Source of the DNA: Camelus ferus
Taxonomy: Eukaryota
Length of the DNA stretch: 64,000 bases
Assembly (NCBI RefSeq): GCF_009834535.1
Contig: NC_045697.1
Coordinates: forward strand, 68,698,001 to 68,762,000
Reading direction: 5' to 3'
The first letter of the stretch is position 1, and each line of letters opens with the position of its first letter. The notes under the pieces were generated by a model. That model did no database searches. It worked only from the letters and a program-made list of their open reading frames with translations, and had not been told where the DNA came from. Positions 37,470-49,780 of this stretch are shown in pieces. Both the position numbers and the translations under genes were made by a program.

Positions 37470-38915
37470 CATGGAGATTTTCAAGGTATTGATTTTGCCC
37501 ACAATATGATACACTTTGTGAAAATGTACATCAGCTACTGCAATAGTAACAGCAGCCAAGGTAAGATCTGCTGATGCCGCTACAGAATCCAGTACCCCGA
37601 AACATGCATGTTCTTTCTTTCTCTCTCTGTTTCTGTGTCTCTGTCTATGTCTTTCTCTATCTCCTGAGCAGCCTACATTATACAGGGGATTGGACCTCTT
37701 TCACTATATTGTAAATACGAAGAATCTGCAAAAGCAATTTTCCCATGATTTTGGATTTACTTGGATTCAGTAAATTAAGCATATTAGAAGGCATCACAGA
37801 GGTGAGAAAAGAAAATTAGTGGAAAGAGCTGTCACTATGCTATGAATCCCCACCCTACTCACGTGTGGGGAGTGAGGAGGGTGTATCCTTTTAACAAATC
37901 CAGGAGTCATTAAAAAAAAAAATCAGAGATTTTTGAAATGCATTCAGTGAATTACTTAGACTTCTGCCTAGGATATTGGGACTGGCCTATAGTGCCAGAC
38001 TTCGAAGGGAAGAGAAATGCTTGAGTTTTTTGTCAAAATCAGGTTTGTGTTAGAAGAGAGAGAAAACTAGATTGAAGTTGTGTTGAGTCCTGTCTAACAG
38101 AGCCACCTAGACTGGCATCAGGCAGAAAGTCTAGAGGTCAGAGGTTACCCAGTGACTGCAGAAGGAGAATCATAAAACAGTAAAAAAAATTACTGTTTTT
38201 TCCCTTTCTATACTTTATTCTTTGGAAGTGGGTCACTAGGTCCAGCCAACACTCAAGTGTGGGAGGTTGGGGAGAGAAGGGTTGTATTTTATCTCTTGGA
38301 GTATGGGTCACTCGAAACAGGTATCTATCTGCCTGGATGAAGAAAACAAAGAGAGAGGTCCGAGAGAGAACTCCTGGTCCCCACAAAAGTGTCCATGAGA
38401 TTCAGCTTTACAAATGGTGAGGGCTTGAAGTCATCCCAGAGGGCTTGAAGTCAACTTATTATCCAGTTCAGATAAGAATTATTTAACTCAACTTTTTTTT
38501 TTCTTCTCCATTTCCTACCTCTGTGAAGTCTAAAGCCACAGCTAAAACGTGGAGGCAGGAGAAGGAAAAAGCAGCTTAAAATCTAAGAAAAAGAGACGTC
38601 AACCACACTACATCCTCATTCACACGGCAGGTTCAAGCTGGAGCAAGAAGGGAGGAACAACGGCAGCCAACTGAATTTCACAGTTCTGGGATTATAAATG
38701 AGACTGGGATGTTTTAATTTCTTGTTTGAGACTTCTTTCAGGATAAAATTTCCATAATATAGCATTCTGTCTAATTTTTTAAAGTGGGCAGAAAAATCAT
38801 GAGCCTGCTTCAGTTTTTAAACCAAGGGCCAGGAAATATTGCCCCTAATTAAAAGTTTAAAGGAAAAGCAAAGAACAAAATCAACTCAATGTGTTTACTA
38901 AGCAGATCAGTTACA
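37470..38915 (+). mobile_element. Ancient long LTR (LTR78/79-like) with a small internal L1 fragment
   Basis: ggggattggacctctttcactatattgtaaat...ttcccatgattttggatt and the 3' part gagactgggatgttttaatt resemble the LTR78 family; boundaries approximate. Confidence 0.4.
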
Positions 38916-38979
38916 CGTACATTTTATAAAGTTGACCTACGAGCCACTGAAAAGAGGCAATATTCCTTAATACTGTGGA

Positions 38980-39172
38980 CAGGAAATTCCCAGGGCAGCG
39001 TCTGATACGCCCTTCTGAGTCTTTTGGTCTTCCTCCATCACTCTGCATAAAGGACTACAGTACTCTGACCAGGCATGCATCGTTTCCCATTTATTCAGGA
39101 AAAGGGGCTCTGTCACCACGAGAAAGGTGGAAGAAGTGAAAGATAGACAAAAGCAGCAAATGTCCACCAGGA
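38980..39172 (-). mobile_element. Old MaLR LTR fragment (MLT1K/L-like)
   Basis: aggggctctgtcaccacgagaaaggtggaag...aaaagcagcaaatgtccacca. Confidence 0.45.
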
Positions 39173-40171
39173 TAAGTATCATCCTAACGTCGTGAGTGTA
39201 TTGTTTAAGTAACTAGATGCTTGAAATTAAAAGTTCTAGAGTTAGTACGTGAAAGAAAGAATATCATTATACGCTGCTCCTATGGTCTTTCTTCTACGTG
39301 GCAGCTATCTAGTGAAGTGTTTGTAATGACTTATACAAAGTGAATTTAATAGAATTATTTATAAGTTCAATATTTTTCTAAATTAAAATTAAACTTTTTT
39401 GTTCTATCAAGGGATCTCTAAAAATTTACAGGATGAGAAATAAAATTCAGATTATATCACATTAGAATTTACATTTAAATTAATCTTATGTACATCCTGA
39501 ATTCATTTCATAACTAAATGTTTGTCTTCTGCACCTAAGTGGGTTTATATTAAACATCATAAATAATTTTTCCCCTCTTGATTTATGATCACTGAAAAAT
39601 ATACATGTAAAACATATACATTATCCATGTTATATATATACATACATATATATTAAGACTACTTACAGATTGCCAAGAAAATCCCCATCCATTAGAAAAA
39701 AAAATACTTTCCTGATGAGGTTTAGGTTAAAATTTTGGCTAGCTAGGAGTTCCTAATTTTTCTGCTTCAATTTTCCCACAGAAAGATATTAAAAACTAGG
39801 AAAAAACAAAGCCACCAAAGCTGTGAAAATCAGGATAAAGAGCCAAGCACCTGCCTGACTCCAGATGGAATTTCCAGTAAGTAAAGGTTAGATGAAGCCA
39901 TTAAACAGAATCATTCAGGAGAAGGTAATAAATTATGTCTATCAAACCTTAATGCATATTCTTACCTCAGAGACATGGTACCATCAAGTGAAGCAAAGTA
40001 AGTCATTGTTTAATGAGTAGGACAGTTTTCTAAGCAGCTCAAAGCCATTCTCTGTTACCCTCTATTCCTACAACTGGGACTACAAATCTAATAGTCAACA
40101 GATTCTATGACAAAACTGGACTGGAATTAACAAATTACTCCCCAGATAGAAGTCAGTAGCAAGGCAAGATG

Positions 40172-40271
40172 NNNNNNNNNNNNNNNNNNNNNNNNNNNNN
40201 NNNNNNNNNNNNNNNNNNNNNNNNNNNNNNNNNNNNNNNNNNNNNNNNNNNNNNNNNNNNNNNNNNNNNNN
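40172..40271. other. Assembly gap (100 N)
   Basis: Exactly 100 N, the usual placeholder for a gap of unknown length. Confidence 0.99.
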
Positions 40272-40854
40272 CCTTTCACGGCAGCATAAGTTGTAGAGCA
40301 ACTGCACCAGCAATATTAGTGGAACAAAGTCTAGCCTTTTCATAGAATGTGAAACAGTAAAGGGCATCTCAGCAGCACTTATATTTCCCAGATAAAGAGA
40401 AAGATACTAACAGGAACTGGGTACCAGACTCGACTAAGAAAACATGAACATTAATAGGACCTGTTGTATTATTGCACGGAGTTCTTGACCAGAAGACTAT
40501 GTAGAGAACTGCTTCTTCTAACAAATTAAATTTTCTTTAAAAAAATCACTAGATCAGATATTCTTGCATACACATAAATATGTATGTAAATATGTACTTA
40601 CTAAACTTAAACTTTAAAATAACAGAGACTGTTGTAACCAGTGGGCATATTAAGGAACTATACACACACATTCAAAGTAAATACACATACTTCAGAAACA
40701 ACATTTTAAAAGTATAAATCCTATAGTTTTCTGTCCCTATTATCCACACGCTCTTCTTCTACTCACTTGACTAGGCATTCTATGTTCCTTGGGGAGGAAC
40801 AAATTATCAGGAAAACAATGAATTAATAAATACTGAAAGAAATTATCTGTTTTA

Positions 40855-40950
40855 ATACTGGCATAACCCACATAAAGAAAATCTCTTTGAAGTCCTCAGT
40901 AGCTTTTATGAGTGTAAAGTGTTTGGTGACCAAAATATTTGGGAATCACA
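40855..40950 (+). mobile_element. hAT-Charlie terminal fragment
   Basis: ataacccacataaagaaaatctctttgaagtcctcag...gagtgtaaag...gaccaaaatatttgggaatcac. Confidence 0.6.
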
Positions 40951-42119
40951 GCTAGAAACCAATGTGTTTCCACATCTCTACTTATATGGTGCTGAAGAGG
41001 GCCTGTTAGAGGGCGCTGATCAAAAAATTTATTCATTAACCATTTATATATGTGCAACAAACAACAAAGTCACTTCAGTATATGAGTGACATTTTAATTG
41101 TTTAATTTGTACATATGGGAGCTCTGGACTAACTACTGCAAATCATTTAAAGACAAAATTATAGCTTAATCCAAGGTTTTCTTGCTTCATTTACAAAAGT
41201 TAACTTTAGATCCCTACAGAACTGAGGAGGGATCTACTACATGAAAAGAAGTAAAGCTGTCTTCTAGGATGTCTCTCATAAGGCAGTGAGTTCTTACATA
41301 CTCTTGGACTTCACGTCAGCTCATGAAGCTTATTGGAAAGTTTGGGGATGAATTATCTTTTATACTTCTGCAGTATTTCAGATAAAGCTTTATCTGCATG
41401 ATAAGAAGAAGAAAAGAAAAGTTTTTTGGCCCACTACATATACCTTATAGGTACCAAAGTCAGTTCAGGGATATAATAATGATTATTTTTGGCTTCTGAA
41501 CAGTTTACCTAGAGTACTAGACATGACCCCCCTTGTTTTATATAATAAATAGTAAATAGGGAGAAAATGTTGCGAAGGCTTAACTGACCTAGTGGACACA
41601 CATTTAACAGAACTGGAAGAATAAGCTATCGCACACTAGTGCACGTCCTGTTAACTCGTGACAGAACACATCTATCATGTCCCAACAACAATTCATCATA
41701 ATATGGTTCCTTTTGGCCTTTGACCAGTAATTTGGACATGATCCTCCTAAGGGAGCAGAGCATTTGTAGATGAGGCTTCATATTATATTGATGGATTTGT
41801 TAAATTATGTTTCACCTAGAAGCTATTGAGCAATTGAGCTATTAAGATTCACCCCCAACCCTCCTTGACAAGAGCTTCCGTGTACTTTATCACATACAAC
41901 TACCAGAACTAGAATACTGCAACAATCCTATCGGAATTAAAGTGGAATGTAACACATGGTATTAGGGACTTCTTAAACACCTCTCAGCATGGATGAAAAT
42001 AAGGTGTCCTTTACTCTTACTCTCTAGTGAAATACATCTACTAAATAATGGCAACATTCCCAGATGTGGGGATATTGGTATAACTGTTCAATCCACAGAC
42101 AGAACAAGTAAGATCAGGT

Positions 42120-42305
42120 TAAAAGATTTATTGAGCACTTTCTGGGTCAGGCATGATGCCAAGTATTTTACATCTATTTTGTCATGTGATCTCCAGAAAA
42201 ACTTTATAAGGGGTTTACTGTCATCATCCCAATTTTATAGGTGAGGAAATAGAGGTTCAAAAAGGTTAAATAAATTGCCCTAAATCACAAAATTATTAAA
42301 TGGAA
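42120..42305 (-). mobile_element. MIR SINE
   Basis: atttattgagcactt...catcccaattttataggtgaggaaatagagg...aaggttaaataaattgccc. Confidence 0.75.
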
Positions 42306-42721
42306 GAGGCTGGGTAGTTCATTTTTTCAATTACAATTATTTCATAGATCAACCAACATACATAGTAATTCATTACCAATATTCCAACAATGAGATTTCT
42401 TCGGATTAGGGATTCACATTCCAGATGAGAACCATGAAACAAACTTGGCCAAGCTACTTAAAACAACAGCACACAATTTGGATGGAAAGATTATTCTCTG
42501 AAACAATTTCATGAAATATTTCTATGAAGCCAAAAATGACTTAAACCTCTATCTATTATTAAAGTGATGAAAGAAAGCCTAGATAAAATCTATTCATCAC
42601 TAGTCCAAATACAACAAGGATTCTTTAGTTAAACTGTCATTCTTGACAGTTTAGGAAAACAATAATAATATAGGGAGTTTAGTGTAGTGAGAGCAAAACA
42701 AAACAAACACAAATGTTAGCT

Positions 42722-43125
42722 TTGACATTCTGGAAAAAGTAAAATTCTTGAGACAGCTAAAGGATCTGGTTGACAAGTTAGGAGAGAGGGTAGAACGAGT
42801 ACGCAGAGCATGGAGGATTTTTAGGACAGTGAAACTACTCTGTATGAGACTATAAGGGTGGGTACGTGTGATTATAAATTGGTCTAAGCCCACAGAGAAC
42901 ACAACACCAAGAGCGAACTTTACTGTAGACTATGGACTCTGGCTGACAGTGATGTGTTAATGTAGGCTCATCAATTACAAAAAATGTAGCACTCTGATGG
43001 CGGATACTGATAATAATGGAGGCTATGCATATATGGGGGCAAGGAATTTATGGAAGATATCTAAACTCTCTGCTCAAATTTTGCTGTAACCCTGAAAGTG
43101 CTCAAAAAATAAAGTCTATTAAAAA
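42722..43125 (+). mobile_element. L1MC1-like 3' end
   Basis: tgacattctggaaaaagtaaaa...acaacaccaagagcgaac...ctatggactctgg...aaaaataaagtctatt. Confidence 0.85.
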
Positions 43126-43413
43126 GTACAGGGAAGAAGATTCAAGATGTGCAGGACTTAAAGTAGGAAAATTTTAAGGATTTGAAATAGTAGGCATGGT
43201 TTTCTTGTCATTCTAAGACAGTCTTATCCACCTAAGGTAGATATTTCTCAAGAGCTGATAAATATGAGTTGTGAATGAATCCTAAACTAAATACATAAAT
43301 AAAATCAAAATCTAATGTATTAAGTGCTCATGTAAAAACACTATGCTAAAATGCTCTCTATAAAACAATAGGGATTTATTCCATAGTATTCTCTACCTGG
43401 TTTTGTTTTAAAT

Positions 43414-43437
43414 TATATATATATACACACAACTTAT

Positions 43438-43479
<42 letters not shown>
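43414..43479. repeat. (TA)n/(CA)n microsatellite
   Basis: Read directly from the sequence. Confidence 0.9.
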
Positions 43480-43544
43480 CAGTTACAAGTACTATCTCTA
43501 AAACTCGCTATAACGTTAGCTCAAAAATCAACACATGTAAATCA

Positions 43545-44140
43545 ACATCTGTTCCAGTTTCTAACACTATGTAACAAATTAACCCAAAACGTAGTGACTT
43601 AAAAAACCATTTATTAAACCCCTGGGTGCTATGGATCCAAAACTCGGGTAAGGTAGGATCTGTCTCTATTACATCTCAACTAGGAAAATTTGAAGCTGAG
43701 GCTCATTTGTCAGCTAGAGGCTGGAATCATCCAAGTCTCGTTCACTCACATATCTAGTGCCTGGGAAGGAATAACTCAAAGACTAGGACTGTGGACTGGA
43801 GAGTGTGTGTGTGTGCATGCGTACATACACACACACACACACACACACCCCTTCCATGTGTCTTCACTTCCTCCCAGAATGCTCATCTCAAGGTAGTCAG
43901 ACTGCTTGTATGGGATCTTTGGACTCCAAACACAAACATTCCAGAGGAAAAAGTAAAAGCTGCATCACCTTTGAAGATCTGACCTCTGAACTCATGCACT
44001 GTAATTTCTGCTATAGTCTGGTGGCTATAAACAATTTGGAAGCCCACCTAAATTGGAAAGAGTATCCAGGCAGATGCACACCCCCTATAACCTGAAGGAA
44101 GTGTGAAAGGATATGTGGCAATTCTTCTTCATTTCCATAC
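43545..44140 (-). mobile_element. MaLR LTR (MLT1F/G/H-like)
   Basis: tgtaacaaattaacccaaaacgtagtgacttaaaa...ggctggaatcatcc...ctcaaggtagtcagactgctt...aaagctgcatcacctttgaagatctgacct. Confidence 0.7.
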
Positions 44141-44736
44141 CATCTAAAGCACTGCTGTCATGAAAACAGCAGCCTCTACTTCCAGATGCGCTGGTTAAAC
44201 CTACTTTTTCTCAGGAAATTATTATTTCTCCTGGAGTAATTTAAGCATTTTAACCTCATTTTTCCATCATCTTTATATATTCTCTTTCTTGATTGGCTGT
44301 AGTGCCTCTTGTAACTTCCATTACATTCTCACCTGGGGACCTTCCCCTAAATTTATTACTTTGATCACTATCCCATCATCTTAATAATTACTTCAATTAC
44401 TTCTCTCTTCAGCATTCCATTAATATACGTTAATATAATATTTACCTAATACTTTAGCTATAATAAAAATATGTAAAGAATGTTTTAATAATTCTATTAC
44501 ATTCCTAAGTTTTGCAGCTGACCTTCTAATCTCGCCCATCTATATTCGAATGGACTTGTAAGACTTGCATGCTAAGACTGAACTCTCAGTTCTCCTTTTC
44601 TTCTCCCATATTCTCATTCATTCTCAAAGCACCAACTATGACTTCCACGTCAAAAGTCTCTCTACTTGTCCGTAAAATGCTCCATAGCAGTTAATCAACA
44701 GAACAAATGAAACTTCTAAGCCACTAAGTCCACACC

Positions 44737-44986
44737 ACTGATTCTCAAACTATCTGTGGTTGAAGACTCATGTTTTAAAATTTACAGTCCACACTGCAGA
44801 CCAAAATTCCTAGAAAAGAACAATAAAGTGAATTAACAGAAAGAAAAACCATTTGAAAGCAATGCCTAATTGCTATTAAAGTTTCTAAATAATTGCTCTC
44901 AATATCCATTCCCATCTGGTCATGGACTGGTAATAAAGAGTTCACCCACCAGCATGGGTCTTCACATTATGCTTCAAAGAGCAGTG
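44737..44986 (+). mobile_element. hAT-Charlie-type MITE
   Basis: Starts ctgattctcaaactatctgtggt; internal catggactggtaataaagagttcac; degenerate end. Confidence 0.5.
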
Positions 44987-46739
44987 TTCTCAACAGTCCT
45001 GTTCTAAGGCCTTCTCTAATTGTTGAACATTCCTTAGCAAACAGGTGTTACTACTTGGTTTCCACAGTTCCACAGCCTAGTTTTTATTAGAAAGTAACTA
45101 TTTTTTTTAAATGAAGAAAATAATTAGCTAGGAATAAAGAAATAGCTATCTCACATTCAAACATCTAAATATAACTTGAAAAATCAGTATATCAGAGGAG
45201 AAAGTAAATTAAATGACAAAGAATAACAGAAAAAATAGATTTTAAATTATCACAAAGTTGGAAGTGAATGAAAATCAAACTTATAGGACAAGTAATAGTA
45301 ATAACAAATAATGATAAAATAATAATTTTGAACATGATGATTTTCTTCATTTTCATTTTGCAAAATATCTACTCTGGGGAACACAATTTTACTACTTTTT
45401 AATTTAAAATATAATTCAATCTACTTTAATGGCATTTAACAATTTTGAGCTCATTGGCTTTATTTTAGAGCCTGATGAAAGCTAAATACAAATTCAAACA
45501 TACAATATTTCACATTTAATTTCATGGGCTTTTAAAAATTCTTAGATCACTGATTAAGAATCCTTCACAAAGTTACAAGTAAAAATTTTTTATAAGTTCA
45601 AAAATGATTTAACTTTTAAACTGTGAATTGTTACTTTGTTTTTTAGTGGAATGGTATTTAGACTTTGAAATACCAGACAAACTAATGTGCAGGTCTTCAG
45701 GAAAATGAATCTGTTATAGTTTACTAATTTTTCACATGGTCATTTTCTAGAATGCATTTGTATAAATTTTCTGTCATTCTGAATCACACCAAATGGGAAC
45801 ATAAATGTATCTATCTCACAGTCTATCAGGATTATAAACTGAGATAAAGTAGGTAAAGTCAACATATTTAATACTCAGTACATGTCACCCATTATTATCC
45901 TCATCATTATTATTAAACTAAGAGCTCATGCTGGAAATATAAACCCAGGCTTGAAAATATGAAATAGTATACAGGAGAAAGTAAAAGAAAATTAATAGAA
46001 GTAAACAAGTTTTAAAAAGACAAATAATTAGAGGTATCAAAAAATGAATTTAAAATTTTGTATCTTAAATCATTAATTCAATCAACTAATGTCGCATAAA
46101 AATTTTTAGTAAGACAGAACAGCGAACAATGGTGTCACAATTTTAAATATTACATTTTATGAGATAAAAGGTAAACTTTTTTGTATAGGACCTTTTTTTT
46201 TTACAACCAGAACTTTTTATAGCTAAATTAAAAATTCCAGGAAAAAATATATATTGAAAAACTTAGGATGTCATTAGCTCTAATACTGAAAATAATCATC
46301 ATTAAAAACCCACAAGTCTTTGTCAATATTTCTGTATTATTAGCCCTTTTCTGGAAGCTATTCATTAAATATGAGTAGTGTCAGTCTTCTTCCCTGTAGA
46401 CCTGCTGATTCCTGGAATGTATCATTTGATGTTATTCCAAACAGCAGCCAAAAAAGACAAAACTAAAATGGTAAGAGAACCCTTGAAATATGGCAAACCC
46501 TTAAAGTTTGCCACTAATTCCATGGTTAATAGTCAAAACATCATGTTATTAGCTTAAATTGTTGATTACATAATGCATCCTCCATGTAAAATGTCCCAAT
46601 GTTCTTACTAAAATAGCATATCATGAATTGAATAAACTTATTTATATCTGTGAGTATACCTGATGTGACAGTAGGAAGTATACATATGGCTTAGTATATT
46701 CAGATAGGAAAAGGGAAATAATAATTTTTATTATCAGGC

Positions 46740-46975
46740 ATATAATTTACTAACCATTACCATATAGCAGTCATTTTTGCAACTCTTCTTCATCCTTTAT
46801 TTAATTGTCATAAAACCCTTAAAATGTCACTACAATTATTGTTCCCATTTCATAAACAAAAAACCTGCACTTAGAAGGCTTAAGTATTATTTAAAGTCAC
46901 TCAGCCAAGCAGTAGATAACCAGGATTTAAGCTTGAAGTCTGTCTGATTCTAAAGCTCATGCTTTTAACCACAAA
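46740..46975 (-). mobile_element. MIR SINE
   Basis: ttattgttcccatttcataaac...gaaggcttaagta...aggatttaagcttgaagtctgtctgattctaaagctcatgcttttaaccac. Confidence 0.75.
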
Positions 46976-47248
46976 GCACATTGCCTTCCACAAGGAGAAT
47001 GAAATTAATGACAATCTAACATGTGCCAGGCACTTCATATTTTTTTTTTAATTTTACAGATGAAGAAATTCACAAAGGTTAAGTTACTCATAAATGTTAC
47101 AGTTCCAGAATTCTTTCTCTACTTCCCTGTATTTCTCAGAAGTATGGCCAATTGACCACTCATATCAAAGTCAACAGATGCTATTTTAAAAGTAAGGTTC
47201 TTGAGCTGTAGTTAGAGGTATAGATTTGATATATCTTGGGCATGGCAC

Positions 47249-47583
47249 TTTTTTTTCAATTGAGGTATAGTTGACTTACAATATTATATTAGTTTCAACT
47301 GTACAACAGAGTGGTTTGACATTTTATAGATCATATTTCATATAAAGCTATTTTAAATATTGACTATATTTCCTGTGGTATACAAGGATGAGATCCTTGT
47401 ATCTTATTTATTTTATAACTAGTAGATGTACCATTTAATCCCCCTCACCCATTTTGCTCCTCGCCTCTCCCCTGTGACAACTACCAGTGTATTCTCTGTA
47501 TCTGTGAGTCTGTTTATGTTTTGTTACATTTGTTCATTTGTTTTATTTTTTAGATTCCACATATAAGTGAAAACATACAGCAT
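47249..47583 (-). mobile_element. L1 3' end (laurasiatherian/artiodactyl type)
   Basis: Poly-T, then caattgaggtatagttgacttacaatatt...ttctctgtatctgtgagtctg...tagattccacatataagtga. Confidence 0.85.
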
Positions 47584-48190
47584 CCCCCTGTGAGGTACTC
47601 TGGAGTTCTCAAGAGTGTGCATGTATGTGTTTCTGATGCGAAGCTTTTGTAGTTTTTCACTTCAGTTACCTCCTATGAGAGAATGAGATATTCACTGATT
47701 GGCAAAAAAAAAAAAAGTGAAATTTAGTCTCCAGAACATGCTCTGTTGACATGTGACCCTTTTATTGATTCCCATTCAGGACAGAGAAGAGATACTTAAA
47801 CAATACTTCCTTCAGAAATGCCTTTTAAGTTTTCTGATGTTAAAGTGTCACTAAGTAATATTTACAGAAATGAAGTTAATAGGATACCCAAATACTCTTT
47901 GGCTTTGGTTTATGAAACTCAAAGATCTAGAGTTTTAGATATATTTCTGCTCTTCCATAAAAAAAAAAAAAATCCACCCTCAAAATGTTGTTTACAAAAT
48001 CAGAAAAGAAACAAAGCCACTTCAGGCATATATAATGGTTGGCACTTATGTATTTATTACAAGGCTGGGTATTATGCTAAACCTTATGAGTTATGTAAAT
48101 TATTATCATTGGTTTATACATGAGAAACCTTAAGGATAGTAAGAATTAAAGCTTGGATTCAGCTTGGCTGAATTATGCCAGCTCCACTCC

Positions 48191-48297
48191 ATTACCACCA
48201 CCACCACCACAAACACCACCTCCAACACTGCCACCACCATAACTGTTACCACCACTGTTATCACTATCAATGTCACCATCACCATGACAATCAACAT
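48191..48297. repeat. Degenerate (ACC)n low-complexity tract
   Basis: accaccaccaccaccacaaacaccacctccaacactgccaccacc... Confidence 0.85.
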
Positions 48298-49429
48298 CCC
48301 ATCTTTTGCCTCAACCTGTGCTTCTGAAGATGTCAGCTTCCACAGTACAACTGGAGTGGTGGTAGTTGTAAGGACAGGAAGAACGTGGAGTTAATATTCA
48401 AAATATACACCCCCAAAGGATCTTCCATAGTAGAAACTAAAAATATATACTCCCCAGGCAATTCTTATACAAAGCAAAATGAAAAGACCATTATAATATG
48501 CAACAGTGCTTCAGTTTATATGGAAGTATTTCAATTATGAAAGTAATTTAAGAAACATTTCTAAGGCTAAACAAATGTAAATGGATAAATGGTATAATAT
48601 TTTAAGAATAGATGCAGTTGCTTACTTTTTGGTATTTTGTGGCATTTGAAACAGTATGGTCTAATGCAATTATCAAGCAAGTATATAGTTAAGACTTCAG
48701 TGTAAAAAAACAATTAGGTTTATTAGGAATAAATGACTCTCTAAGCACTAATCTGTTTCCTTAATTTAGAACAAAGAAAGCAATACAGTATAGATTAACT
48801 TTCAAAATTTTATATCTGCACCTGCAGTTAAGGTATGTTAATGAGAAAGCCTTATTAGGTAAAATGGTATCACATTTTGACATGGTACAGAAAAAAACTT
48901 GGAGGAACAGATTTTTTTTCAAACTTTCCATTCCTTACACTGATTTGCTTCATATAAGTACATGCCAAACCAAGCATAACATGGGAATTTTGACACTATC
49001 ATCCTTCACACAAGGACATTTCAAGTAAAGAAAATCTGGAAAATGATGATAGGTGTCTACATTTCTCTAGTCTCTCATTACTCTCCACAGGTCTCCAGAT
49101 TAGCCATTTGAAACTAATTCATTAATTACTTAATGAATTGTGCACATATGCTCAAAGATACAATGGCAAGATTGTTCTCTGTAGTTTTTTTTTATGCCAA
49201 GGAGAAAAAAGTAAACACGACCTATTTGTCCCTCACTAAAAGAATAGAAAACAGTGGATTATTCATACAACAGAATGTTATCGACAACTAAAATAAACAA
49301 AATCTACATGTTTTGACAAGGATACACCTCAAAAAAATTAAGTCAAAAGAACTAGCTGCAAAAGTTTATACATAGTATGAGTCAAGATTCATGTAAAAAA
49401 TAAGAAAAAAGGAAAAGGGTGTTGGGAGG

Positions 49430-49780
49430 AAAAAGTGGGTAAGGCATTCAAGGCAGCAATCAAAGCCAAAGTAAAGGAAGAAACACACACAGATATGTGC
49501 CATATTCTAGGAGTAGGCAGCAGTCCAAGAAATTGTCAGGAAAAGATGCTAGAAAGATAGACAGTGACCAGACTGTGAAACATTCTGATGGCTGTGCTAA
49601 GGAATTTAGACTTCACTATGTTGGAAATGGAGAGACAGAAAAGTGATTTAATAAGAGGGTGAAATGAACAGATTGATGCCTTAGGAAGATAACAGTAACT
49701 ATCAGATGGAAAGGTTGGTAACAGAAGTAGGAGCCTGTTGAAATAATCCAGGTAAAAGATAGTAAGAAGCTCTCTGAGAG
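49430..49780 (-). mobile_element. L2 LINE fragment
   Basis: gctgtgctaaggaatttagacttcactatg...gaaataatccaggtaaaagatagt. Confidence 0.65.

Noticed and set aside
37446..37560. Plus-strand exon-like segment ending AAG|gtaaga
   Set aside because: Stops in all frames and overlaps a probable ancient LTR
46400..46470. Plus-strand exon-like segment (tccctgtag ... ATG|gtaaga)
   Set aside because: Isolated, opposite to the inferred host strand, with no recognisable peptide; such patterns are expected by chance in 64 kb
48164..48394. Thr-rich mucin-like ORF
   Set aside because: Translation of a degenerate ACC repeat
49116..49139. Perfect 10 bp inverted repeat aattcattaa-ttac-ttaatgaatt
   Set aside because: A short AT-rich stem expected by chance in this composition
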